Below are positions 29,508 to 43,719 of a stretch of 64,000 nt of DNA, in pieces (the first letter of the stretch is position 1; each line of letters begins with the position of its first letter). The DNA comes from an uncultured delta proteobacterium (GTDB taxonomy: Bacteria; Myxococcota_A; Polyangia; Fen-1088): assembly GCA_963737265.1 (NCBI GenBank), contig CAVTRY010000007.1, positions 288,001 through 352,000 on the forward strand. Direction: 5' to 3'. The position numbers and the translations under genes were made by a program. Under the pieces are notes generated by a model. It worked only from the letters and a program-made list of their open reading frames with translations. It was not told where the DNA came from and made no database searches.

Positions 29508-29638
29508 GGGCGGCAATCTACTCCTTGTTGGTCGTGCAATGTGCGGCCACAGCAGCAAAGCAGAACGGGCGGCCAGGGGCGAGTGACTGCCGAATTCGCA
29601 CTCTCCTTGCAGCAAGGATTCTGGAGTAAGAAGAGCGC

Positions 29639-30262
29639 ATGAAGACCTTCAATGGCGTCGAAGTCTACGAAAGCCTCAACGAAATCGTCGATTCGTCCCA
29701 CAGTTGTCTCGTGGTTTGGGACGTACAACAGGGGCTGGTCAACCGCATCTTCAACAAGGATGCTTTTCTGGCTTCGTTGGCGTGCTTGCTGGATGGGTTA
29801 CGGGGGAAAATCCCCATCGTCTACACCCTCATCACGCCCTTGCCCCAGGCGTACCAATCGGGCTGGAATCTGCTTTCAATGATGCGAAGGTGGCAAGTCG
29901 ACGACCCGGCGAAACTGCCGGCATTCATGGCACCGGGCTCCCCGGAAAGCGAGATTCCGCAGGCTATAAAGCCGCATGCCGGCGATATCCAGATCGCAAA
30001 ATCCACGCCCAATATTTTTCTCGGCACCAACGTCGAGCTGATGATGAAGAATCGGGGCATCAAGAGTCTGATTTTTACCGGCATCGCCACCGAAATGGGG
30101 GTTGAGCATTCCGCCCGCGATGCGGGTGCACGTGGGTTCTACCCGGTGGTCGTGACCGACTGTGTTTCTTCCATGAGCCGCGAAGGGCACGAAAGATCCC
30201 TGGCCAATCTGGCAAGGCTGACGACGACGGCTAGTTGCAAGGAGATTCTCGACTGCTACTGA
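29639..30262 (+). CDS. isochorismatase/cysteine hydrolase family protein
   Basis: 'LVVWDVQ', 'GIATEMGVEHSARDA', 'VVTDC'. Confidence 0.85.
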   Translation: MKTFNGVEVYESLNEIVDSSHSCLVVWDVQQGLVNRIFNKDAFLASLACLLDGLRGKIPIVYTLITPLPQAYQSGWNLLSMMRRWQVDDPAKLPAFMAPGSPESEIPQAIKPHAGDIQIAKSTPNIFLGTNVELMMKNRGIKSLIFTGIATEMGVEHSARDAGARGFYPVVVTDCVSSMSREGHERSLANLARLTTTASCKEILDCY

Positions 30263-30286
30263 GTCGAAGGTGCGAGGACGCTTCCG

Positions 30287-30952
30287 CTACTCGCTCAGAC
30301 TTTCGAGTGTGTTCCGGTCAAGGATACGCAGGCGTTTGTCGTCGATCAGCTCGACCACGCCGTTGTCGGCCAGCTTGCGCAGTACGCGCGAGAAGGTTTC
30401 GCTGGTCAGGTTGAGCTGCGAGGCAATGTGTTTCTTGAGCCCGGCGAGTCCCACCCCACCGCGCGCGTCCTGGCCGGCCTGGAGAATGTGGCGGGCCACG
30501 CGGCCGCTGGCGTCGCGCAAGGCGATGTCTTCGATGAGGTCGGTCAAGCGGCGCACCCAGTGACTCATGCCCACGAGCAGCTCCAGGCAAAACGCGTGCT
30601 CCTCGCGAAGCATGGCCAGGATCGCCGTCGCCGGCAGTAGCGCACACTGCGCGGCTTGCGTGACCTCGGCGTAAGCCGGGCACGGGAAGCCCCCGATGAC
30701 CGCGACCTCGGCAAAGGTTTGCCCGGCGCCCGCCATGTGCAGCGTGTGCTCTTTGCCGCCCGCGCCGATCCGGTACACGCGCACAACGCCGCTGCCCACG
30801 CAGTAAATTCCGGGACAGGGATCCTCTTGCCGGAAAACCAGCGTGCCCGCCGCGAAGGTCACCCTGCGCGCCATGTCCACCAGCCGGCGCTTGTGCGCCG
30901 GGCTGACGTCGTGAAAAAGCGAGCAGGCTGAGATGATGGCGCCCTTGTCCAT
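30287..30952 (-). CDS. Crp/Fnr-family regulator (HcpR/Dnr-like)
   Basis: cNMP-binding fold 'GQTFAEVA', HTH 'IASQLNLTSETFSRVL'; divergent from hcp. Confidence 0.88.
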   Translation of the reverse strand: MDKGAIISACSLFHDVSPAHKRRLVDMARRVTFAAGTLVFRQEDPCPGIYCVGSGVVRVYRIGAGGKEHTLHMAGAGQTFAEVAVIGGFPCPAYAEVTQAAQCALLPATAILAMLREEHAFCLELLVGMSHWVRRLTDLIEDIALRDASGRVARHILQAGQDARGGVGLAGLKKHIASQLNLTSETFSRVLRKLADNGVVELIDDKRLRILDRNTLESLSE

Positions 30953-30974
30953 GGCGCGAAGAATGCGCGGGCGC

Positions 30975-30988
30975 TTGATCCAGATCAA
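30975..30988. promoter_or_regulatory. FNR/Dnr-type box TTGAT-N4-ATCAA
   Basis: Perfect TTGATCCAGATCAA between the regulator and hcp. Confidence 0.85.
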
Positions 30989-31051
30989 GGCGCCCAGCAC
31001 GTGAAATTGCCATCGTGGGGCATACCACCACCTACCAAAGGAGATCGCCCC

Positions 31052-32341
31052 ATGTTCTGCAATCAATGTGAGCAATTCAGCCGCGGCTGCGCCAGCGCGG
31101 GACCCGGAGTCTGCGGCAAGGATCCGGACGTGCAGTCGCTGCAGGAAACCATTCTGTTCGGCCTCAAAGGCATGGCTGCCTATGCGCACCACGCGCGCCG
31201 CCTGGGCATGGTCGACGAAACCGTGAACGCCTTCATGGAGGAAGCGCTCTTCGCCACCATGACCAACGTGAACTTCGACCTCGCGTCCCTGTTCCAGATC
31301 GCCATGGAGCTCGGCAAGGCGAACTTGCGCGTGATGCAGATGCTGGACGCGGGTCACGTGAAACGATTCGGTCAGCCCTCGCCCCTCGAGGTTTCGGAAG
31401 GCACGCAGGCGGGACCCGGCATCCTCATCACCGGCCACGACCTGGTCGACCTCGACGACCTGCTTCGCCAGTGCAGCGGTACCGACGTCAAGGTCTACAC
31501 CCACGGCGAGATGCTGCCGGCGCACATGTACCCGAAGCTTCGCAACCACCCGAACCTGGCCGGACACTTCGGCGGCGCCTGGCAGAACCAGCGCAGCGAG
31601 TTCGCTGCCTTTTCGGGCCCCGTGCTCGCCACCACCAACTGTGTGGTCATCCCGCCGCAAAGCTACGCCGGCCGTTTCTTCACCACGCGCGTGACCGCCG
31701 TGCCGGGCGGCACGCGCCTCGCCAGCAACGATTTCTCCGCGGTCATCGCCAAGGCCAAGGCGTGTCCGCCCCTGCAGAGGCCGGGCCTATCAAGAGGTCG
31801 ACCGTCGGTTTCCACCACTCGGCGATTTTGGCCCTGGCCCCCACCATCGTGGACGCTGTCAAGGCCGGCAAGATCAGCCGCTTCTTCGTCATCGGCGGCT
31901 GCGACGGCGCTGAAGCCGGCCGCAACTACTTCGCCGATTACGCTAAGCTGACCCCGCCCGACTCGTTCATCCTGACCCTCGGCTGCGGCAAGTTCCGCAT
32001 CCGCGAGCACGACTACGGCATGCACCTCGGCTTGCCGCGCCTGATGGACATGGGCCAGTGCAACGATTCCTACGGCGCCATTCAAGTCGCACTGGCGCTG
32101 GCCGGTGCCTTCAATTGCGCGCGTGAACGAATTGCCGCTCACCCTCGTGGTTTCGTGGTTCGAGCAAAAAGCCGTGGCCGTGCTGCTCACCCTGCTTTCA
32201 CTTGGCGTGAAGAAGATCGCCATCGGCCCCAATCCGCCTGCCTTCATCACGCCCGGCGTGTTCAAGATACTGCAAGACAAGTTCGATCTCCGCCTGACCG
32301 GCAACGATCCGGCCAAGGATTTGGCTGCAGCGATGAGCTGA
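31052..32341 (+). CDS. hcp: hybrid cluster protein (hydroxylamine reductase), short form; two apparent frameshifts (~31780, ~32118)
   Basis: '[13 protein letters not shown]', 'GHDL', 'THGEMLPAH', 'GCDG', 'GQCNDSY', 'SWFEQKA' spread over three frames. Confidence 0.88.
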
Positions 32342-32361
32342 GCGTGGATTCTCGCGCCAAA

Positions 32362-33104
32362 GCCCGCGGAGCCGGCATCAGTAGCCGAGCTTCGGCGATA
32401 GCCACCGCTCGGCATCCGCAACGCCGATGCCTTTGCGGGCGGCGTAGTTTTCCACCTGGTCGCGCGCGATGCGGCCGACATCGAAATAGCGCGCCTGTGG
32501 GTGGCCAAGGTAGATGCCGCTCACGCTCGCGGCGGGCCACATGGCGAAGCTTTCGGTTAGCGTGATACCAGCGGCGGATGCTTGTAGAAGATCGAAGAGC
32601 TTTTGTTTTTCGCTATGCTCGGGGCAGGCCGGGTAGCCGAAGGCAGGACGAATGCCGCGGTATTTTTCCGCGATGAGATCCTCGCTGGTCAGCTGCTCGG
32701 CCGCGCCGTAGCCCCACTCGCGGCGCACGCGTGCGTGCAACATTTCCGCCAAGGCTTCGGCCAGGCGATCGGCCAGGGCTTTCACGATGATGGCGTTGTA
32801 GTCGTCGCCGGCCTGCTGGTATTTCACCGACAGCTCCTCGGCGCCGAGCCCCGCGGTCACGGCGAAGGCGCCTACGTGATCCGCCAGGCCCGAAGCGCGC
32901 GGGGCGACGAAATCGGCCAAGCAGCGGAACGGCGGCTCGCCGCCTTGTTGGCGCAACATGGGGAAACGCACCTGCTCGCGGCTGCGGCTTTCGTCGGCGA
33001 AGAGCACGATGTCATTGTCCTCGCTGGCGGCGGGCCAGAAGCCATACACGGCCGAGGCACGGATCTGTTTGCCTTTCACGATGGCGTCGAGGGCTTTCTT
33101 GCCG
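32362..33104 (-). repeat. duplicate of the metH 3' end (~740 bp; partner 34393-35135), open as a 244-aa ORF 32378-33112
   Basis: Constant offset of 2031 bp with scattered substitutions; encodes most of the AdoMet reactivation domain. Confidence 0.93.
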
Positions 33105-33273
33105 CTGGTCACGAGCAGCTGTCAGGAAAATAGAGACTTTTCCTGTGAACAGAATCTGGGTTTGGCTCGAAATACCAAGAACGCAACGCCCCGAGAGGAC
33201 ACCGCTTTGGGCTTTGGGGCTTTTGCTTTCATCTTTGCGGCCTGGTACCTTCAGCACTTGATTGGAGGTGCAT

Positions 33274-33459
33274 ATGTCTGAGGAGCTCAAGAGGCTTCTC
33301 GAAGCCGCACGGCGCGTATCGATGTCCCCTTTGGACTCCGAGAGCCAGCGTCGTAGTTTCGCCTACGGAAACACGCATTTCGAAAACGAACGAATCACTC
33401 GTGAAACCGTAGACAAGGCGGCGGAGAAACTGTCGAAGGGGAATGGTCAGAAAGACTGA
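33274..33459 (+). CDS. putative Fic antitoxin (VbhA-like)
   Basis: GGAGG RBS; 61 aa overlapping fic; 'GNTHFEN' resembles the inhibitory (S/T)xxxE(G/N) motif. Confidence 0.65.
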   Translation: MSEELKRLLEAARRVSMSPLDSESQRRSFAYGNTHFENERITRETVDKAAEKLSKGNGQKD

Positions 33460-34108
33460 CATCCGCCGGGATTCCGAGCCGCGGTCACACCAGCTATTCG
33501 GCGACGAAGACCAGAAGGCAGAGCTCGAAGCCAGGAACGGCCTTCTCCAATTCGACGAGGTGGTGCGGCTGGTTGGGGAGGTTGAACGGGGCGCGAGCTT
33601 TCGCCTGCGCCCGTCGACTCTTCAAACGCTCCATCGCATTGCGATCCAGGACATCTACTCTTGCGCCGGCAACTACCGGACAAGTCCGGTTCACATCAAA
33701 GGCACCGACCATCAGCCTCCTCTTTGGCAGGACGTGCCGAGGCTGGTCGAAGAGATGTGCGACTACGTCAATGACCACTGGCAAGCATCGACGCCCGTCC
33801 ACCTTTCGGCGTACCTGATGTGGCGAATCAACTGGATCCACCCTTTCGCCGGAGGCAATGGCCGCACTTCGAGGGCCGTCTCCTATCTCGCCCTCTGTTC
33901 CCGCTTGGGCTGCCATCTGCCGGGCAGACTGACAATTCCAGAGCAGATCGTCGCGAGTCGTGAACCCTACTACAGGGCTCTTGATGCGGCCGATCTCGCC
34001 TGGAGCAAGAACGCCGTCGATGTTTCCGAGATGGAGAACCTACTTTCCGCCCTTCTCGCGCGCCAGCTGACCGAAGTTCACGCCGCTGCGGTATCCGTTC
34101 CAAAGTAG
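33443..34108 (+). CDS. Fic-family protein
   Basis: 'IHPFAGGNGRTSR'. Confidence 0.9.
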   Translation: MVRKTDIRRDSEPRSHQLFGDEDQKAELEARNGLLQFDEVVRLVGEVERGASFRLRPSTLQTLHRIAIQDIYSCAGNYRTSPVHIKGTDHQPPLWQDVPRLVEEMCDYVNDHWQASTPVHLSAYLMWRINWIHPFAGGNGRTSRAVSYLALCSRLGCHLPGRLTIPEQIVASREPYYRALDAADLAWSKNAVDVSEMENLLSALLARQLTEVHAAAVSVPK

Positions 34109-34256
34109 CGCGAGCCGCGTCGCCAGCGAGGGCGAAGATCGTGGGCAGAACGGATGAGGTGTGTGTGCGGAACAATCTCGGGCCGAGACAAGAACCGGGC
34201 ATAGAGAGGAACCGGGAATCCGAGTTGTGATACCCTCTCCGCACGGAGATTGAGCG

Positions 34257-34392
34257 ATGGGAAAATGCTCCGTGATCCAGCCATTTGATGCCGATGCGTT
34301 CGACAAGCGGTTTGACGATGTCTTGGTTCCCGCCATCAGAGCGGCCGACCTTGACGCCTATCGTGTCGACAGGGATCCGACACACGACTCTT
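34257..34392 (+). pseudogene. N-terminal fragment of a nucleoside deoxyribosyltransferase/TIR-like protein
   Basis: 'MGKCSVIQPFDADAFDKRFDDVLVPAIRAADLDAYRVDRDP', cut off at the metH repeat boundary. Confidence 0.5.
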
Positions 34393-34408
34393 GCCCGCGA
34401 CGCTGGCA

Positions 34409-38072
<3,664 letters not shown>

Positions 38073-38076
<4 letters not shown>

Positions 38077-39044
38077 GTCGATTCCTTGGTGGTTCGGGCA
38101 AGGCTGTCAGGTTTGCGAGCAAATGCACTGATCACGGCGAAGTGGGGCGGGCGCTTTTCGCGCGAGGTGACCTCGCAACGCTCGACCAGCAAGCCGGCTT
38201 CTTGGACGAGCCAGCCATGCAGATCGCGCGGGCGAAATCCATGGTTGATATGACCGTAGGATGCCGTGACGTCATCCCGATCGTGGTGGGCAAGCGTGCT
38301 GATCAGGAGATCGCCGCCCGGCCGCAATACACGAGCCGCCTCGCGCAGCGCCCGAGCCGGATCCGTCGCGTAGGTGAGCACGTGCAATAGGAGCACGTGA
38401 TCGAATCGCCCGTCCGGGAAGGGCAGCGCATGAATGTCCCCCGGCGCAAAATCCACGTTGCCCAGACCGAGCAGGCGGCGTCGCGCTGCCCGCAGCACCT
38501 TTGCGCTGTGGTCGAGGCAGGTAATGCTCTTGCTCTGAGGCGCAAGCAAGAACGCCATGGTGCCATCGCCCGAACCTGCGTCGAGCACATCGCCGAGGCG
38601 GACGTAGCTTAGGAACCCCAGCATGGTCGCTTCCCAGGTGCGCCCCGGCGAATAGTGGCGATCCATCTGGCCAGCGACATTTTCGGGCCAGCTGGCCCCC
38701 TTTTGCCGCGCGCGAACGACTTTTTCGCGGCGCAGACGGTCGACCTGCAACTGGGGCTCGTCCCCGTCTTCCGCCACCAAGCTCCACAGTCGTCGCGCGT
38801 TCTCCGGCATGACCGATCCGCTCAAAGTGTAGTAAGTCGATGCGCCTTGGTGCCGGTCGGTCAGGATGCCGGCGTCGCGAAGCTTGGCGAGGTGGGTAGA
38901 TGCTCGTGATTGCGGCATTTCGGTGATTTGCGTAATTTCGGCGACGGAAAGCTCATGTCCGTCGAGCAAGGCGGCCAGCCTGATGCGGTTTGGATCCGCG
39001 AAGAGACGCAGAATATCAACTGTTTTAGCCAAATCATTCATCAT
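38073..39044 (-). CDS. ArsR-HTH/methyltransferase fusion regulator (SahR/SamR-like)
   Basis: N-terminal ArsR 'QSRASTHLAKL', C-terminal 'VLDAGSGDG'; stop overlaps the metH start. Confidence 0.85.
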
Positions 39045-39063
39045 TTCATCCTGATTTGATGAT
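39040..39063. promoter_or_regulatory. candidate SahR-like autoregulatory operator
   Basis: ATCA-N8-TGAT (39040-39055) and TCATC-N7-GATGA (39046-39062) at the regulator start. Confidence 0.45.
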
Positions 39064-39103
39064 TATAGTACAAATAGTGCTTCCATCCCTCAAGAGGTAA
39101 CCT

Positions 39104-41665
39104 ATGTTCGCCGATATGCCTCCCGTGACCCCAAGCACGCCCGGGAGCGGCCCACGATTATCGGACCGCTACGAGCTCAAAAGCCAAGCCGGTGTCGGCG
39201 GCATGGGGACCGTGTATCAGGCCATCGATCGTGAGAGCGGAGCGTTGGTTGCGCTCAAGATTCTGCATTCCCGCAACACCATCGAGCAGGCGCGCTTCAA
39301 TCAGGAGGCCAGGGTTCTGGCCGAGCTGTCCCACCCTGGCATCGTGCATTACTTCGATCATGGCGTTGCACCGCATGGATCGCCGTACATCGCGATGGAG
39401 TGGCTGGAGGGGGAGACGCTCGAAGATCGGCTGGCACGGGGCATTCTCGGGCCCGCAGCGGTTGGCCACGTTGCGCGCCTAGTCCTTGAAGCGCTGGCGG
39501 CCGCGCACGCGCGCAACATCGTTCACCGCGACATCAAGCCCAGCAACATCTTCCTCGTGGGCTGGAAGGTGACCGAAATTCGCATTCTCGATTTCGGCAT
39601 CGCCAGGCGGGTATTCGATGCCAAGCGCCTCACGCGCAAGGGGTCGACCGTGGGCACGCCACTTTACACATCGCCCGAGCAAGCCCGCGGTCGCGCCGAC
39701 GTGGATGGTCGGGCCGACATATTTTCGCTCGGTTGCGTTTTGTTCGAAGCGCTGACCGGCGAGCCACCGTTCGCGGGCGATACCCCGCTTGAGGTCATGA
39801 CCAAGGTTTGCGCCGGACGCGTTCCCGACCTGGCCTCGCGACGGGCCAATATCCCGCCGTCGATTGCATCGCTGGTACACGGAATGCTCGCGCCCGATCC
39901 CGCCGCCCGGCCACAGTCGGCCGCGGTACTGGCCGACGAGTTCGCCGAGGTCGTGCGCAAACTCGGCGGCATCGGCGGCGAGATCGCCGCTGCGAGCCCG
40001 CCAACCTCCGCCAAGCGCGACAGCATCAGCGAAATCGAGGAACACCTGGCCTGTGCCATGCTGGTGTCCTTGGCCAAACGCGATTCCGCCCTGGACGTGG
40101 TCCGCCCGCTCGCCGAACGTCGCCACGGTCCCAAGGCGGCCTCCACCCAACCCCCGGCCAGCGATCGCGTGGCCAAGGACGAGGACAACTTTCGTCTCGC
40201 CGAGATCCGGCGCCTGCTTGAGCTCTACGCCTGCGAGATGGATCGTCTGATCAATCGCACCCTGCTGCTGACCGCACCGACTGTGTCAACCGCCCACGAG
40301 CAGGCCATCCAGCTCGCATCGGCGGCGCTGGCCCTGCGGGATAAGGAGCCGGACGCCAAGATCGCCATCGCCACCGGGCGCGCGACGTTCCTCGGCCGCC
40401 TGCCCGTGGGCCGGTTGATGGATCGCCTGCCGTCGCTGATGGAAGGGCAAGAGGCCGGCACGATCCGCCTCGACGGGACAACCCGTCGGATTTTGCCCAT
40501 GCGGTTCGCGGCCAGCGGCCCGCCGAGCAATCTGCTCCTGCTGGCCGAGACCAGCGCGCCCGGCGCGGAGCGCCCGCGCGAAATCGGCGGTCGCGTCGGT
40601 CCCTTTCTGGGTCGCGAGCGCGACGTGGCAACCTTGCGTTCGACCTTCGAGGAGATCCTCGAGGAGAAAGTCGCGCGTCCGGTGCTCTTGCTAGGGCAGT
40701 CCGGCCTCGGCAAGACGCGGCTCTTACGCGAGTTCCTGGCCGAGGTGGCCGGACTCTCTGGCGATCAACCGGTGATTGTGAAGGGCGGCGGGAGCCTCCT
40801 GCGCATCGAGCGCCGGTATCCAACGCTGGCGCCCGTGCTGGCCGCCGCTGGCGTCGACGTGCAGGGCAAGTCGAGCACCCACGTCGAGGCTGAGCTGGCG
40901 GCGTGGGTGGCTCGCCAAGGCGACGGCCGCGGGCTTCTGATATTGCTCGAAGACCTGCAATGGGCCGACGGTCCGAGTTTGGAGCTGGTCGATCGGCTGC
41001 TGCAGACGCTTCACGACAAGCCCATCCTGGTCATCGGCGTGGGCCGGGAGGACGTCGAGGACAGGTTCCCAGGTCTGTGGAGCGCGCGTTCCGTGCACCG
41101 ACTTCGCCTGCGGCCGCTGCCGCGCAAGTTGGGCTCCGAGTTGCTCCGCTTCTGGGTTCCCAGTCTGTCGCGTGGCGCGGAGGATTTCGTGCTTGAACGG
41201 TGGGAGGGCAATCCGCAATTCCTGGAAGAATTGGCAGTAAATGTCGCCAACGACCATTTTGGCATTTCCGATGCGGTCTACGCCGTGGTCGAGGGACGAC
41301 TTGAGGGCGTCGAGCCCGACGTTCGCCGCGTGTTGCGCGCGGCCAGTCTGTTCGGCGACAAGCCTTTCACGGTGGATGCTCTGGTTGCCTTGCTCGGCGA
41401 AGCCGCCCGTAAGGGTATCGCCGAATGGCTGGAAATCCTGATCATGAAGGACTTTGTGGAACGCGACGTGGTGGTGGGTGAAGCGACCTATCGTTTCCGT
41501 CAGCGCTTGGTGCGCGACGCCGGCTACCGCATGCTCACCTCGTCCGACCGCGTGCTCGCCCGCCGTCTCGCGCGGGCGTGGCTGGAAGGCGCCGGGCGCA
41601 CCCTGCCAGAATTCCTCGCCGCGCCTGCTTCGTTGACCAGCCAGGTCGCCGTTAGCGGAGGGTAG
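39104..41665 (+). CDS. Ser/Thr protein kinase with AAA ATPase domain
   Basis: 'GVGGMG', 'HRDIKPSN', 'DFG'; later '[10 protein letters not shown]', 'LEDLQWAD'. Confidence 0.92.
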   Translation: MFADMPPVTPSTPGSGPRLSDRYELKSQAGVGGMGTVYQAIDRESGALVALKILHSRNTIEQARFNQEARVLAELSHPGIVHYFDHGVAPHGSPYIAMEWLEGETLEDRLARGILGPAAVGHVARLVLEALAAAHARNIVHRDIKPSNIFLVGWKVTEIRILDFGIARRVFDAKRLTRKGSTVGTPLYTSPEQARGRADVDGRADIFSLGCVLFEALTGEPPFAGDTPLEVMTKVCAGRVPDLASRRANIPPSIASLVHGMLAPDPAARPQSAAVLADEFAEVVRKLGGIGGEIAAASPPTSAKRDSISEIEEHLACAMLVSLAKRDSALDVVRPLAERRHGPKAASTQPPASDRVAKDEDNFRLAEIRRLLELYACEMDRLINRTLLLTAPTVSTAHEQAIQLASAALALRDKEPDAKIAIATGRATFLGRLPVGRLMDRLPSLMEGQEAGTIRLDGTTRRILPMRFAASGPPSNLLLLAETSAPGAERPREIGGRVGPFLGRERDVATLRSTFEEILEEKVARPVLLLGQSGLGKTRLLREFLAEVAGLSGDQPVIVKGGGSLLRIERRYPTLAPVLAAAGVDVQGKSSTHVEAELAAWVARQGDGRGLLILLEDLQWADGPSLELVDRLLQTLHDKPILVIGVGREDVEDRFPGLWSARSVHRLRLRPLPRKLGSELLRFWVPSLSRGAEDFVLERWEGNPQFLEELAVNVANDHFGISDAVYAVVEGRLEGVEPDVRRVLRAASLFGDKPFTVDALVALLGEAARKGIAEWLEILIMKDFVERDVVVGEATYRFRQRLVRDAGYRMLTSSDRVLARRLARAWLEGAGRTLPEFLAAPASLTSQVAVSGG

Positions 41666-41815
41666 CCGCATGGCAACCGAGCCACCTCGCGTGGCGCGAC
41701 GATTTCTTCAGCGTCGTATCATGAGGCTGTCGGGCTTCAGGCTTCAAGCTAAAGTGCAGGCGCGTGAGTCGAGATCCAATCGGTCCCGAAACGGGAGCCG
41801 TTTGACACCGGCCTC

Positions 41816-42304
41816 TTAGTACCGGATCTTCGCCGCCAGTCTGGCGTAAGCGATGAACGGAGCGGCGGCGGCGTCACAGGGCACGCGCTCGCGCGGAACT
41901 TCCGATCCGCCGCCGGTCGCATTCAGCGCTGCGTAGAAAACGGCATCGTCGAAGCCGGCAGCGGCGGCGTCCTCGCGCGCGGCCGCGTAATAGACCGCGC
42001 GCGGCCTGGCCCACAGGATCGCACCCAGGCACATGGGGCAAGGCTCGCAGCTCGCGTACACGTCGCAGCCGTCGAGCTGGAACGACCCGAGGGCGGCGCA
42101 CGCGGCGCGGATGGCCTGCACTTCGGCATGCGCGGTGGGATCGTTGTTCGCCACCACGGCGTTGGCAGCCTTGGCGATCACGACTCCGCCCTTGACCACG
42201 ATTGCGCCGAACGGACCGCCCTGCCCGGCCTCGGCGCCGCGAATCGCCTCGACCACGGCCAGACCGAGGAAGTGCTGCTTGTCGGCCAGCGACGGCAAGG
42301 TCAC
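41816..42304 (-). CDS. guaD: nucleoside/guanine deaminase (CDA-fold)
   Basis: 'GGPFGA', 'DPTAHAEV', 'CEPCPMC'. Confidence 0.8.
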   Translation of the reverse strand: MTLPSLADKQHFLGLAVVEAIRGAEAGQGGPFGAIVVKGGVVIAKAANAVVANNDPTAHAEVQAIRAACAALGSFQLDGCDVYASCEPCPMCLGAILWARPRAVYYAAAREDAAAAGFDDAVFYAALNATGGGSEVPRERVPCDAAAAPFIAYARLAAKIRY

Positions 42305-43026
42305 GTGCGCGCTCCGAAAATCGCGGTGCCGACCCGTATCATCGTCGCGCCCTCGGCGATGGCCACTTCGAGGTCGTGGCTCATCCCCATGGAAAGCTCG
42401 GCGAGCGCCACGTTCGGCCGGCTCGGCGAGCGCTGCTCGTCGTGCAGGCGGCGCACGGCCGCGAAATGAGGACGCGACAGCTCGGGATTCTCGTCGTAGG
42501 GCGGGATGACCATGAGGCCCGAGCAACGCACGTGCGACAGGCCGGCGAAGCTGTCGAGGATCGCCGGCAACGAAGCAGGCGCGATGCCACTCTTCTGGAT
42601 CTCGCCGGCCACATTCACCTGAATCAAGCAATCTTGCCTTGCGCCGAGCACGGCCGCTTTGCGCTCGATCTCGGCCAACACGTCCCGCGACCCCACGGTG
42701 TGAACCAACACGACCTTGCCGGCTACGTACTTGACCTTGTTGGTCTGCAAAGGGCCGATGAAATGCCAGCGCGGCTGGGGCAGGCCGTCCGCCTTCACGA
42801 CCAAACTGGCGACCGCGGCGTGTTTGTCGCGGAATTCCTGGCCGTAATTTTCGGCAAAATCCCGCTGGCCAGCGGCCAGCGCCGCCACGATATCTTCGGG
42901 CGCCACCGTCTTGCTGACTGCCAACAGGCAGACACTGTCCGGCGCGCGCCCCGCGCCAGCGAGAGCCGCAGCCATGCGCGCCCGAACGCCGCGAAGGTTG
43001 GCCGCAATTCGTTCTGCGCCGTTCAC
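42301..43026 (-). CDS. yggS: YggS-family PLP homeostasis protein
   Basis: 'LAVSKT', 'WHFIGPLQTNK', 'LSMGMSHD', 'RVGTAIFG'. Confidence 0.92.
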   Translation of the reverse strand: MNGAERIAANLRGVRARMAAALAGAGRAPDSVCLLAVSKTVAPEDIVAALAAGQRDFAENYGQEFRDKHAAVASLVVKADGLPQPRWHFIGPLQTNKVKYVAGKVVLVHTVGSRDVLAEIERKAAVLGARQDCLIQVNVAGEIQKSGIAPASLPAILDSFAGLSHVRCSGLMVIPPYDENPELSRPHFAAVRRLHDEQRSPSRPNVALAELSMGMSHDLEVAIAEGATMIRVGTAIFGART

Positions 43027-43643
43027 CGCATAACCCCAAAGGCAGGTGGAGGATAGTTGGGCACCGCCTCGAGCGCGCGCAGGTCGGCGAGGACCTCCGC
43101 CAGGGGTAGCCCTACCACGTTGCTGAACGAGCCGCGCAGCTCGGTGGCGAAGCAGCCGGCAATCCCCTGAATCGCGTAGCCGCCCGCCTTGCCGCGCCAC
43201 TCGCCCGACGCCACGTAGGCCGCGACTTCCTTGGCATCGAGCGAACGAAAGGTCACGAAGGTGGCCACCAGCCTCTCGACTGTGCGCTGGCCAAGACGGA
43301 TTTGGTACGCGGTCAGAACCTCGTGCCGTCGTCCGGCCAGGCGCTGCAACATCGCCTCGGCTTGGCCTTCGTCGGCGGGTTTGCCAAGAATTTCGCCACC
43401 CAAGAAAACCACCGTGTCGGCGGCCAGCACGGCGAGAACCGGCGTCGGCATCCCGAGGCGCTCCATCGCGGCATCGCACTTTTCGGCCGCCAGGCGCGCG
43501 GCGTAGCTGCGAACCGGCTCGCCTGGGCGCACCGATTCGTCGATGTCGACGGGCGCGATGGTTAGAGCCAAGCCAAGGCCTTCCAGCAGGTCGCGCCGCC
43601 GCGGCGACGCCGAAGCCAGAATCAAATCGGGAGTACGGTTCAC
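43023..43643 (-). CDS. maf: Maf nucleotide pyrophosphatase
   Basis: 'LILASASPRR', 'AADTVV', 'GKAGGYAIQG', 'NVVGLP'. Confidence 0.92.
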   Translation of the reverse strand: MNRTPDLILASASPRRRDLLEGLGLALTIAPVDIDESVRPGEPVRSYAARLAAEKCDAAMERLGMPTPVLAVLAADTVVFLGGEILGKPADEGQAEAMLQRLAGRRHEVLTAYQIRLGQRTVERLVATFVTFRSLDAKEVAAYVASGEWRGKAGGYAIQGIAGCFATELRGSFSNVVGLPLAEVLADLRALEAVPNYPPPAFGVMR

Positions 43644-43719
43644 GATGTCCCGGAGTATATAGCCGGCGACGGCCACTAAGGTATGCTGGACGCCTTTCTG
43701 ATTCCGAGACTCCTCATCA

